Positions 47,572 through 59,692 of a DNA stretch of 64,000 bases are shown here, one piece after another. Source of the stretch: Macrostomum hystrix (lineage: Eukaryota > Animalia > Platyhelminthes); assembly GCA_950097015.1 (NCBI GenBank), contig CATNEN010000039.1:14074001-14138000 (forward strand), in the 5' to 3' direction. The notes below the pieces were generated by a model, which saw only the letters and a list, made by a program, of their open reading frames with translations, did no database searches and was not told the origin of the DNA. Each line of letters begins with the position of its first letter. Positions within the stretch are counted from its first letter, which is position 1. Position numbers and translations under genes: made by a program.

Positions 47572-49629
47572 GCTCGCTCGCAGGCTCAGAAACACTTGGT
47601 CGATTCTGTGGGAGATTTAAAAAATGTCATCAGATTGGCCCCACAAAATATTCCACTCTCCCCTCTGCTTCAAGTTACTCAATTTCCATTCCCCAGAGGT
47701 AGAGGCGGAAGAGCACAAAGAGAGCAAGGCGGCGGATAAATGAAGTGGGATCTGAAAGCAGACTAAAGGTTTTGCAGGTGAAACTTCGTTAGCCTCCCCG
47801 CGTCTGCTCCACAATAGCCCGAATTAACTATCCGATCAGGAGAGGCCGAAAGCCCTTTTTTGAAAAAAAGAATCCTCGGCTAACAAATTGAAGTAATCTT
47901 GCTTGACTGCAAACGGACTCAACTGACTGGCGTGTGGCAGACCGCGCGGGTTACTCAGCTCACTGATGAAGCAAAGAATTTAGGCGAGGCACAGAGACAG
48001 GGGAGGTCTTGTTTGATCGAGTGGACTCAAGTTGAAACACTTCTTCTTCCTCTTCTTCTTCTCATTTTCCTGTGTCTCTTGTTACCCTTTGCCTGTTGCC
48101 TGTCGCCGCGCGGAGTCTTTCAAACTCACAGCAGGAGACGCAGTTGATGAGGCGTGGGAGAACGATTCAGTCCTTTGTTTTGTATAAGAAAATGAGACCT
48201 AGGAAGAGAGAGTATTAATTGGCTGTCAGTGTCTCCGCTTCCCAAATCCTTGAAAAAAAATCCCTGAGTCCGACAGAACTGCCGCGAGTTCGCTTAGCAT
48301 TTTCATGCCTTCTGCTCTCCTGTGTTTTTTCGCCTCCCAAACTTTTCTTTTCCACTTGGCTACGCGCGCCATTCTGACCGCAGGCCTGAAATAATGATGC
48401 CGCGGGTATTGATGGGGCTGATCTGGCCGGGAGCCTTGGTGAGAGCTGAAACAATAGCCGCGGGAACACCCCATACTTAATGAGACCGTCAGATTTTGCC
48501 ACTGTAACTTCTTGTCTAGCTTCTCTAGAAGAGAAAAAAAATTGAATAGCTGCTCAAAGCACGACATTCCTCTAATCAAGCCCCCCAAAATGGAAGACAA
48601 TAGAATAGAAATCGTGACAGAATGAGAGAAGCCCAGGTATTTTGATATCTTCTTCTCGAGATTGCTGCAAAGACAGTTGCGAATTTTGGAGTCTGTGGAA
48701 TTTTTGTCTATACAGTCGTTTGACATGTGACACGTTCTAGCCAACCGGTACAGCTCTGCCGCTCTGAGTAGGGGGGGGGCAGATTTTGTCAAAGACCCAA
48801 CAAGAAGCACAGAGAGGTAATCCGATATATTGGGCCCTCCAAACCTGCCCCTAGAAGAAGAAGCTGTTTGCAGTTTGTTTCAATCCGCTCATTATATGAT
48901 GATGGAAGGCACGGACCCAGCCGTCTGGCCAACAACAGAAGCAACGGCAAATAACTCAAACTGCAGTTGGTGCAATCCCTGTAACAGGACACTGCGCGGG
49001 AGCATTGTTTAAAGGAAAGACTTGCTGGAAGAGTTGAAGCACGTGTCTTTTGGGAATGCAACATCAGGAGTGTCTTATCCGTGTGCTCAACTGCCCTGCC
49101 CGGAGCTGAGTAATGCAGCTCTTCGAATTAATAGTCGAGTTTGAATTGAGTAGCTGCACTATAGGGTGCTGTAGCGATTTCAGATGTTGCTTGTGCTGCT
49201 ACACGCACAGACAATTTAAAAGAAACATTTTTGCTTCAAGACACTAAAGCAAACCACTTCTCTCCACCCCTCTTCCTGTATTTCTCCCCTAAAATCTCAT
49301 AAGTCCTATAGAATCACCTGCTATTTAGTTAGAAATCCCATTTTGGGATTATTCAAAGTTTTACTTACGAAAAGAAATATTTTAAAGCTCGAATTGGGAA
49401 TGTAATATTTGCAGGCATTCCAAATTAGTTAATAATCCCAATTCTGGGACAGAATGCTCATTCCAGATGTTGCTCGCTTCAGAGAAGAGACCGATATAGT
49501 TTCTTTGTAGCACCTGCTTGCCTTGTGGAAACAGCTTCTGCCTAATCGCTGCTGAGTTGTCACCGACCCAGAATCTAGACTCTAGTACGCCTGCCCAACT
49601 GCTCACAATGTTCCAGCCAATAACTAAAA

Positions 49630-49915
49630 TCACAACTTGCAGGGATTGAAGAATAATTTTAGTGCCACATTCAATATGCTGCCAGCGATTGATTGCAATT
49701 TTACTCATTCCGCTGACCCCTGAGCACACACTCCAACAGGTGTGTACATCTGTCCTGCAAACTCATCGTCAGGTAGTTAGATGTACACTTTCACTGTGCC
49801 TTGCAGGTTGGACCAAAGTAAGGTAACGCTAGTTATTTTAAGAGAGATGTCACTCACCTTCGGAAAGTGACATTCCATGACCGGGAGTCGAACCCAGGGC
49901 TGCATGTAGGGCGAG
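49630..49915 (-). mobile_element. Degenerate tRNA-derived SINE, same family as 582-954
   Basis: Shares CGCTGACyCCTGAGCACACA, TACATCTGyCCTG, TCGTCAGGyAG and CACTTTCACTGT with 660-800. B box GGGTTCGACTCCC on the minus strand near 49885-49897. The head runs into the GAGAGGGCGGATT array. Confidence 0.65.
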
Positions 49916-50382
49916 AGGGCGGATTTGGAGAGAGGGCGGATTCGGAGAGGTAACGGATTCGGAGAGGTGGCGGATTTGGAGAGAGGGCGGATTCGGAGAG
50001 AGGGCGGATTCGGAGAGAGGGCGGATTTGGAGAGGTGGCGGATTTGGAGAGAGGGCGGATTCGGAGAGAGGGCGGATTCGGAGAGGTGGCGGATTCGGAG
50101 AGAGGGCGGATTCGGAGAGAGGGCGGATTCGGAGAGGTGGCGGATTCGGAGAGAGGGCGGATTCGGAGAGGTGGCGGATTCGGAGAGAGGGCGGATTCGG
50201 AGAGAGGGCGGATTCGGAGAGGTGGCGGATTCGGAGAGAGGGCGGATTCGGAGAGAGGGCGGATTCGGAGAGGTGGCGGATTCGGAGAGAGGGCGGATTC
50301 GGAGAGAGGGCGGATTCGGAGAGGTGGCGGATTCGGAGAGAGGGTGGATTTGGAGAGAGGGCGGATTCGGCGAGGGCGGGTT
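49913..50382. repeat. 16-17-bp minisatellite (GGAGAGAGGGCGGATTC)
   Basis: About 28 copies. Confidence 0.95.
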
Positions 50383-51629
50383 CTAAGAAATGATAGAGAG
50401 GTAGAAAAAAGCGAAAAGGATTTTTTGACAATGATGACAAAAAAACGGAAACACGAAGCAAAGTTTGGATTCGGTTCGGGGGCGGCTGAGCGGGGCTGGT
50501 CGTGTGCGGCTGTCGAATGAAGCAGATTAGAAAATTGGAGATTAATCTGCCGCCTCTCCAAGCGCTATAGAACAAACTGAGTTGAAGAATTTCTTTGGCG
50601 TGTGCCGTGTCTGGTCTGGTTTGTTTGCTCCAGTGAGGAGGCCTAGGACGAGTTGCTGATCTTGAACACGACCGCTCAACTGGCCAATCCACTTTCGCAT
50701 GCGACGCCGGTTATCGGGGTGAGGGGTGGAACATCGGAGAGACGTGATTCTCTGAAAGGTGAGGACAGACAGGGGCAGGGCAGGGGAAAAAGAGAGAGAG
50801 CAAGCTGAGCAGCAATCACCTGCCGATGCTCTCAGACCAATTTCACCATGCGGCCTGAGAATAAGAGGCTGCAGTTGGGTGAGTCCCCGCGCCCAGCCAC
50901 TCCTTTCACCGAGTCCGATTCCGTTCGCCGCCCACTTAATTTTACCGATGCCCTCCGAGTGTGGGTGTGCCGGCCTCTCTATAAAAAAATTCTCTTTCAT
51001 TTAAGCTAGCCATGTAACTCACTCTCCGTCTTTTGCTTTCTCCCGGCCCCTCTTCCTTTTTTTAAGGGATTCGAAGGCCGAGCCAGGAGCAGCAGCGAAA
51101 TCGATTATCGCAGACGATATAGGCTGCCTCTAATCCCATTTCTCCCCTCAACCAACCGCCACCACTCACCTTTGAGGATCACGGAAACTTTTGCCTTCCA
51201 CAGCCGCGACAGATGCCACGGTGCAGAGACTCTGAGGTTAACAGTGGGGCCGCCTCCTCCTGGCGGCTCTCCTCTTTCACCCACTTGGTTTTCCTGCCCT
51301 GCTTCGGTGGGGGTCTAGCAGGCGGGATTAAAAGCTGCTTTCAGGCGGGATCTTCGTTTCCTCAAGTTTAAAAAAAAAGTAAAAATATAAGAAGGAGAAG
51401 AGAGAAAAACACGAGAAATTTCCTGCTCAATCAGCGGCGACCGCCGTCCGTCTGTACTGAAATTCCAAGGACTGAAGGAGCGACTCGGCGAAGCGTAGTG
51501 ACTCCGCCCACTCGCCCTCAGCGCGTCATTCTTGGCTGATTTTCCATTTTCGAAAACGCTAAAACATCAGTTGCAACACTGACTGGACCGGGTGCCAGAT
51601 ATCTTGCGAGACTGAATCAATTCTAACCA

Positions 51630-54072
51630 CAGGGCGGATTTGGAGAGGGGGCGGATTTGGAGAAGGAGGGTTTGGAGAAGGCGGGTTTGGAGAGGGCGGA
51701 TTTGGAGAGAGGGCGGATTTGGAGAGGGGGCGGATTTGGAGAGAGGGCGGATTTGGAGAAGGCGGGTTTGGAGAGGGCGGATTTGGAGACAGGGCGGATT
51801 TGGAGAGGGCAGATTTGAAGAGGGCGGATTTTGAGCGGGCGGATTTAGGGAGGGCGGATTTGGAGAGGTGGCGGATTCGGTGAGAGGGCGGATTTGGAGA
51901 GGGTGGATTTGGAGAGCGCGGATTTGGAGAGGGTGGATTCGGAGAGAGGGCGGATTTGGAGAGGGCGGATTTGGAGAGGGCGGATTCGGAGAGAGGGCGG
52001 ATTTGGAGAGGGCGGATTTGGAGAGATGGCGGATTCGGTGAGAGGGCGGATTTGGAGAGGGCGGATTCGGTGCGAGGGCGGATTTGGAGAGGGCGGATTT
52101 GGAGAGGGCGGATTTGGAGAGGGCGGATTTGGAGAGGGCGGATTTGGAGAGGGCGGATTCGGAGAGAGGGCGGATTTGGAGAGGGCGGATTCGGTCAGAG
52201 GGTGGATTCTGAGAGAGGGCGGATTTGGAGAGGGCGGATTCGGAGAGAGGGCGGATTTGGAGAGGGCGGATTTGGAGAGAGGGCGGATTTGGAGAGGGCG
52301 GATTTGGAGAGGGCGGATTTGGAGAGGGCGGATTTGGAGAGGGCGGATTTGGAGAGGGCGGATTCGGAGAGAGGGCGGATTTGGAGAGGGCGGATTCGGT
52401 CAGAGGGTGGATTCTGAGAGAGGGCGGATTTGGAGAGGGCGGATTCGGAGAGAGGGCGGATTTGGAGAGGGCGGATTTGGAGAGAGGGCGGATTCGGATA
52501 AGGCGGATTTGGAGAGAGGGCGGATTCGGAGAGAGGGTGGATTCGGAGAGAGGGCGGATTTGGAGAAGGGGCGGATTTTGAGAGGTGCGGATTCGGTGCG
52601 AGTGCTGATTTGGAGAGGGCGGATTTGGAGAGAGGGCGGATTTGGAGAGAGTGCGGATTCGGAGAGGTGGCGGATTCGGAGAGGTGGCGGATTTGGAGAG
52701 GTGGCGGATTCGGTGCGAGGGCGGATTCGGAGAGAGGGCGGATTTGGAGAGGGCGGATTTGGAGAGAGGGCGGATTCGGATAAGGCGGATTTGGAGAGAG
52801 GGCGGATTCGGAGAGAGGGTGGATTTGGAGAGAGGGCGGATTCGGAGAGAGGGTGGATTTGGAGAGAGGGCGGATTCGGAGAGAGGGCGGATTTGGAGAG
52901 AGGCGGATTCGGAGAGAGGGCGGATTTGGAGAAGGGGCGGATTTTGAGAGGTGCGGATTCGGTGCGAGGGCTGATTTGGAGAGGGCGGATTTGGAGAGAG
53001 TGCGGATTCGGAGAGAGGGCGGATTTGGAGAAGGGGCGGATTTTGAGAGGTGCGGATTCGGTGCGAGGGCTGATTTGGAGAGGGCGGATTTGGAGAGAGT
53101 GCGGATTCGGAGAGGTGGCGGATTTGGAGAGAGGGCGGATTTGGAGAGGGTGGATTCGGAGAGAGGGCGGATTCGGAGAGGTGGCGGATTTGGAGAGGGT
53201 GGATTCTGAGAGAGGGCGGATTTGGAGAGAGAGCGGATTTCGGAGAGAGGGTGGATTTGGAGAGAGGCGGATTTGGAGAAGGGGCGGATTTGGAGAGGTG
53301 GCGGATTCGGTGCGAGGGCGGATTCGGAGAGAGGGCGGATTCGGAGAGGTGGCGGATTTGGAGAGGGCGGATTCGGTCAGAGGGTGGATTCTGAGAGAGG
53401 GCGGATTTGGAGAGAGAGCGGATTTCGGAGAGAGGGTGGATTTGGAGTGAGGCGGATTTGGAGAGCGGGCGGATTTGGAGAAGGGGCGGATTTGGAGAGG
53501 TGGCGGATTCGGTGCGAGGGCGGATTTGGAGAGCGGGCGGATTTGGAGAGCGGGCGGATTTGGAGAAGGGGCGGATTTGGAGAAGGGGCGGATTTGGAGA
53601 GGTGGCGGATTTGGAGAGGGCGGATTCGGAGAGGTGGCGGATTTGGAGAGGGCGGATTCGGTCAGAGGGTGGATTCTGAGAGAGGGCGGATTTGGAGAGA
53701 GGGCGGATTCGGAGAGAGGGCGGATTTGGAGAGCGGGCGGATTTGGAGAGCGGGCGGATTTGGAGAAGGGGCGGATTTGGAGAGGTGGCGGATTTGGAGA
53801 GGTGGCGGATTCGGTGCGAGGGCGGATTTGGAGAGGGCGGATTCGGAGAGGTGGCGGATTTGGAGAGGGCGGATTCGGTCAGAGGGTGGATTCTGAGAGA
53901 GGGCGGATTTGGAGAGAGGGCGGATTCGGAGAGAGGGCGGATTTGGAGAGCGGGCGGATTTGGAGAAGGGGCGGATTTGGAGAGGTGGCGGATTCGGTGC
54001 GAGGGCGGATTTGGAGAGGGCGGATTCGGAGAGAGGGTGGGTTCGGAGAGAGGGCGGATTGGGGCGGATTCA
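51630..54072. repeat. 15-17-bp minisatellite (GGAGAGGGCGGATTT), same family as 49913-50382
   Basis: About 150 copies with variant blocks. Source of the spurious 852-aa ORF. Confidence 0.96.
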
Positions 54073-54346
54073 GGGGCCATCAACCGAAAGGGGCTGATTT
54101 TACAACACTGAATCGAACCCTGCATTGCATTGGCCCCATCCGGTGTATCTTCAATTGCGAGAATTAATGACTGACAGTGTCAAGAATCAGTGACCTACAG
54201 AAGCAGCTTCAGTGCGCAACTGTTAAAAGTGTTTCAGCAAACAAGCAACAAAAGAATTAATTAGACACCCGTTTAGCCCACTCAGCTAATTGAGACAATT
54301 GAAGAGTAAAGTTAAACTTACAGTCGCTAAACACAGAGGAGAGACA

Positions 54347-54389
<43 letters not shown>

Positions 54390-55124
54390 AAGAACTGATT
54401 CTAGAAAACAGAAGAATTTGAGCGAAGTTAGCGCTGATCCTAAACTCTCGCTGTGAGCTCATACTGCTCAGGCGGAGGTGGGGTGGCTGCGTGTCTGCCG
54501 ATCTGGCCCCCCCAAATCCCAATCCCAGGGATTCTTCGCTCCCAAGCTCCACAAATCCCAGTCTAGCCCTGCTCCCCTCTGCCCACCTCTGCCGCCGCTG
54601 CCGCTGCCGCCGCCGCAAAAGCAGCAGGAAAGACTGCAGCAACAGGGGCAGGTGGAGGGGGTTGCGCTCTGTCTGCCGCGGTGGACCAACCAACAACCCA
54701 CCCTCCGCTTTGAGACCCTCATCCCGGAGAGGCCACAGCCAATGGCAGCTGAGAATCCGACTCCCATGCGCCTCAATTTTCCACCTACCCGAGAACTCTC
54801 CGGCTAAGAACACTGGATTAATTCTTTGATTCCTCGGAAGATTTTCTGAGATTGTCTCAAAGTCTCCGAGGCAATGGCAGATGGAATTACAGTTTTCCTG
54901 TTTTTAACAAACAATCTCCCAAGCGAATGTCGCCTTGCCACGTGAGAGCTTAGTGGGGTCGGCGGTTAAGCCTCTTAAATCAATGACGGCTACTGACTGA
55001 TGAGTTTTTTCACCTGTATAAATGTGACGTATTCCAGCTCCGATGTTTTTCAAAAAGCTTTTAGAATTTTTTCTCTGATTTAAAATTTATTTTACTATGC
55101 ATGCCTTATGGGTGACATTTTAAG

Positions 55125-55695
55125 AGGTGAGAGAGATGAGACAGGGGAGAGATGAGACACAGGGAGAGATGAGATACAGGGAGAGATGAGATACAGGGAG
55201 AGATGAGACACAGGGAGAGATGAGATACAGGGAGAGATGAGACAGGGGAGAGATGAGGCAGGGGAGAGATGAGACACAGGAGAGATGAGACACAGGAGAG
55301 ATGAGATACAGGGAGAGATGAGATACAGGGAGAGATGAGATACAGGGAGAGATGAGACAGGGGAGAGATGAGGCAGGGGAGAGATGAGGCAGGGGAGAGA
55401 TGAGACAGGGAGAGATGAGACACAGGAGAGATGAGATACAGGGAGAGATGAGATACAGGGAGAGATAAGACAGGGAGAGATGAGGCAGGGGAGAGATGAG
55501 GCAGGGGAGAGATGAGACAGGGGAGAGATGAGACAGGGGAGAGATGAGACAGGGGAGAGATGAGACAGGGGAGAGATGAGGCAGGGGAGAGATGAGACAG
55601 GGGAGAGATGAGACAGGGGAGAGATGAGACAGGGGAGAGATGAGACAGGGGAGAGATGAGACACGGGAGAGATGAGACAGGGTAGAGATGAGTCG
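55125..55695. repeat. 17-bp polypurine minisatellite (GGGGAGAGATGAGACAG)
   Basis: About 33 copies; core similar to the 8975-9620 array. Confidence 0.94.
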
Positions 55696-56799
55696 GGGTG
55701 TTAAGTAATCGTGAAGGGAATCGAGATCTTCAATTATGAGTTACGTGGGCCTGATGTTGCTGGGCTTCTGTTATAAGCCGTCAACTTCAGGCCAGCAGCC
55801 ACATGTGTTCAATTGTAGTAAATGTAATGCGTCTTTGACATAATATAATTAATTAATCCACCTGAATATCTATAGGAATTCTCAGATTTAAGGTCCATTA
55901 GTAGACAGACACACAGCAGCAGAAAAGGCGGGTACCTACACACGGTCTGAAAGAATCATATATAATATTGTATAGAAGACACAAAGTGACCATTGGCAAG
56001 ACAGCAGTATCGAATTGCATTTTTGCATTATTGAAGCCACACGCAATAATAGATGAGCATTCCTGATCTGCTTAATAAAAGATGATGCTGCGATGCATGA
56101 AGTACACTTTGGTGAGTGGCGCCGTCTCATTAGCCTCTAAAAGAAGATGAGATAATTTTGTTGCGAAGTAATCATTGCTTGGCATATTTGCTAATTTGAA
56201 GAATGAATTTTTGGCCATTTTGCGCTAATCAACTATTTGGGATTAAATATAGAATGCGGCAGGCCTCCTGCCGTGTCGGATATCTCCCTCCGCCTCTAAT
56301 GAGAAGCCTCATTGGCAGTGGAGATTTGTTATCCGTGCCGTGCTTGCTGGGGTGTAGCGACCAGCGGAGCTGGGGTGTACCCAGCACCGGATATTCCGCT
56401 GCCAAAAACTCTGTGTCTCTCACCCACTCTCTCCCGATGACTGACGCCTGCCTATGACTGACAAAAGAAAACCAAAGTATGAGATAGCAATCCGACACCC
56501 GGTTAGTCCGGTCAGGTTTATCCCTATAGATCGGGAAGGGGGGGATTTGATACCTTTCCATCAGTTTTCTTTGGTAGTTAGGGACGAAACATGCTTCGCT
56601 TGGCTGGATTTTGTAGAGTTGTTGTGTTAAAAAAGTTTTATCTACGTCTAATTCAGATTTGGTTTGCGTTTCCATGAGTAGCATGAGCTACTCATTGCAG
56701 TCTCTCGAATATTATTGCGCAACAAATCCAACTGTTTAATTATGTTTTTAATCACATAAATAATGTCTGTTCACTGTGCTTGTTGCAGTGAAATCTTAT

Positions 56800-57862
56800 C
56801 TCCCCTCCTATCTACTCTACTCTTATCTCCTCTACTCTCCTCTCTTATCATCTACTGACATTTACTCTCTTGTCCGGTCCTGTCCTCTCTTGTCCTCTCT
56901 TCTCTTGTCCTGTCCACTCTTGTCCTGCCCTCTCCTGTCCTCTCTTGTCCTGTCCTCTCCTGTCCTGTCCTCTCTTGTCCTATCCTCTCTTGTCCTATCC
57001 TCTCTTGTCCTATCCTCTCTTGTCCTATCCTCTCTTGTCCTATCCTCTCTTGTCCTATCCTCTCTTGTCCTATCCTCTCTTGTCCTTTCCTCTCTTGTCC
57101 TATCCTCTCTTGTCCTATCCTCTCTTGTCCTTTCCTCTCTTGTCCTATCCTTTCTTGTCCTATCCTCTCTTGTCCTTTCCTCTCTTGTCCTATCCTCTCT
57201 TGTCCTATCCTCTCTTGTCCTTTCCTCTCTTGTCCTATCCTTTCTTGTCCTATCCTCTCTTGTCCTATCCTCTCTTGTCCTATCCTCTCTTGTCCTTTCC
57301 TCTCTTGTCCTATCCTCTCTTGTCCTATCCTCTCTTGTCCTATCCTCTCTTGTCCTATCCTCTCTTGTCCTATCCTCTCTTGTCCTATCCTCTCTTGTCC
57401 TATCCTCTCTTGTCCTATCCTCTCTTGTCCTATCCTCTCTTGTCCTATCCTCTCTTGTCCTATCCTCTCTTGTCCTATCCTCTCTTGTCCTATCCTCTCT
57501 TGTCCTATCCTCTCTTGTCCTATCCTTTCTTGTCCTCTCTTGTCCTATCCTCTCTTGTCCTATCCTCTCTTGTCCTATCCTCTCTTGTCCTATCCTCTCT
57601 TGTCCTATCCTCTCTTGTCCTATCCTCTCTTGTCCTATCCTCTCTTGTCCTTTCCTCTCTTGTCCTATCCTCTCTTGTCCTATCCTCTCTTGTCCTATCC
57701 TCTCTTGTCCTATCCTCTCTTGTCCTTTCCTTTCTTGTCCTATCCTCTCTTGTCCTATCCTCTCTTGTCCTTTCCTCTCTTGTCCTATCCTCTCTTGTCC
57801 TCTCTTGTCATGTCCTCTCCACTCTTGTCATGTCCTCTCCACTCTTGTCATGTCCTCTCTTG
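56800..57862. repeat. 15-bp polypyrimidine minisatellite (TCTCTTGTCCTATCC)
   Basis: About 65 copies. Confidence 0.95.
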
Positions 57863-58461
57863 CTCTGAACTGATCTTAAAAACGTTCAGAATAAAAAAAC
57901 TTTTAACCCCGTATGCCATAACTTCTGTAACAATGCCACCAGATCATAATCTTCAAGTCTTGGTGCAATAGGATCTTTGAAAATGAAATTATTTATCGAG
58001 TGCCGCCGTATTTTTCTTAATCAACACCATTAGGCGTCACTCCATTAGTGTGGCAGCTTCTTGTGAGTTAGAATCACATGTTTTTTCTTGCATGCTTTTA
58101 GAAGAAGATGAAAGCTAATCGTGATGGGGGTACGTCATTTCTCTCATTCCTTCGCTCTTTGCTATAGTGATTGAGAAAAAGCTGCTCCAGTCGATGAGCA
58201 CAGATCACAGAGATAGATTAACAACAGCCATTTTTGCTGCTTTTCAAAGAGATGCCCGCAAAGGCGTGAGAGATACTGACTGTGTGCGGCTCTCAAAGCC
58301 TTCTGGTCACGGAAGCAGCGAGCCAGCGGCCTTTGACCCCAAAATCTCGACTGTCAGCCCATCATCACCTGCGCCTGTTCTTGTCTGCTACCGTCTGTGA
58401 TTAGACTTGCATTTTTGCAAAGACGGAATCACGATGCGCTGGGCTGAGGAGACAGACGTGT

Positions 58462-58998
58462 AACCTATCCGCTCCCTACCCATCCGCTCCCTACCCATCC
58501 GCTCCCTACCCATCCGCTCCCTACCGATCCGCTCCCTACCCATCCTCTTCCTACCCATCCGGACACTACCCATCCGCTCCATACCGATCCGTTCCCTACC
58601 AATCCGCTCCCTACCCATCCGCTCCCTACACATCCGCTCGCTACACATCCGCTCCCTACACATCCGCTCCCTACACATCCGCTCCCTACACATCCGCTCC
58701 CTACCCATCCGCTCCCTACCCATCCGCACACTAACGATCCGCTGCCTACCCATCCGCTCCTTACCCATCCACTCCCTAACCGATCCGCTCCCTACCAATC
58801 CGCTCCCTACCGATCCGTTCCCTACCAATCCGCTCCCTACCCATCCGCTCCCTACACATCCGCTCGCTACACATCCGCTCCCTACACATCCGCTCCCTAC
58901 ACATCCGCTCCCTACACATCCGCTCCCTACACATCCGCTCCCTACCCATCCGCTCCCTACCCATCCGCACACTAACGATCCGCTGCCTACCCATCCGC
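58462..58998. repeat. 15-bp minisatellite (CCATCCGCTCCCTAC)
   Basis: About 35 copies with a duplicated variant block. Confidence 0.94.
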
Positions 58999-59692
58999 TT
59001 GAGCAGCCGAGCTCATTAAAGACGTCAATTCCGAAATGAAGAGGCCGCTCACTTCCATCTCCCCAGCCTCACAAATCGCGGTATATTGTTATCGAAAGTC
59101 AGAAACGCATTTCCCCGCTAGTTTCTGCAGCAAGGGATTTCACCACACTCTTTCAGTCTCGGAGAAGTTTTCCAAGAATAAATGAAAGAAAACAAATGTC
59201 CATTAAGGAAAAAAAGTGGACGAGAGCCACTTGTTTAACAACTTGATCCCCCGTGTTGAATAATAATGAGCTCTTCAATTTTTTCTGCGTTGCTTTTAAG
59301 CGTTGCGAATTCTTGATTTAGAGGAACAAAAAACGACAAATCCCTGATTTGAGCTGGGGAATCGGTGGTCTATTAGGAGAGGAACAAGCAAAAAATTACT
59401 CGCATTCATCTAATGATTCTCTGCTAGGAGAAGATGAGTTCATTAAATCTTGGAGGAGCTAGGGGAAAGAATGGAATGTTGAGCACACGAGCACGAAAGG
59501 CGGCAGTGAAACAATGCACCACAAGTGGCGTAGGAGGCACAGGCTCTTGGTGGGAGCAGAGAATTAATTGGAGATTTGAGAAGTGGCATAACTGATTACT
59601 CCAGCCACCAATGCCCAAACTGCTTCTCAAATGGGGATCATTATTTTCTCGAGACTTGTTGCAATATTGGATTCCTTCATTCCGCAACAATG

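Noticed and set aside
49850-54167. Pro/Ser-rich 852-aa ORF and RGG-rich ORFs
   Set aside because: Mixed 15-17-bp units shift frame continually; these are minisatellite artefacts.
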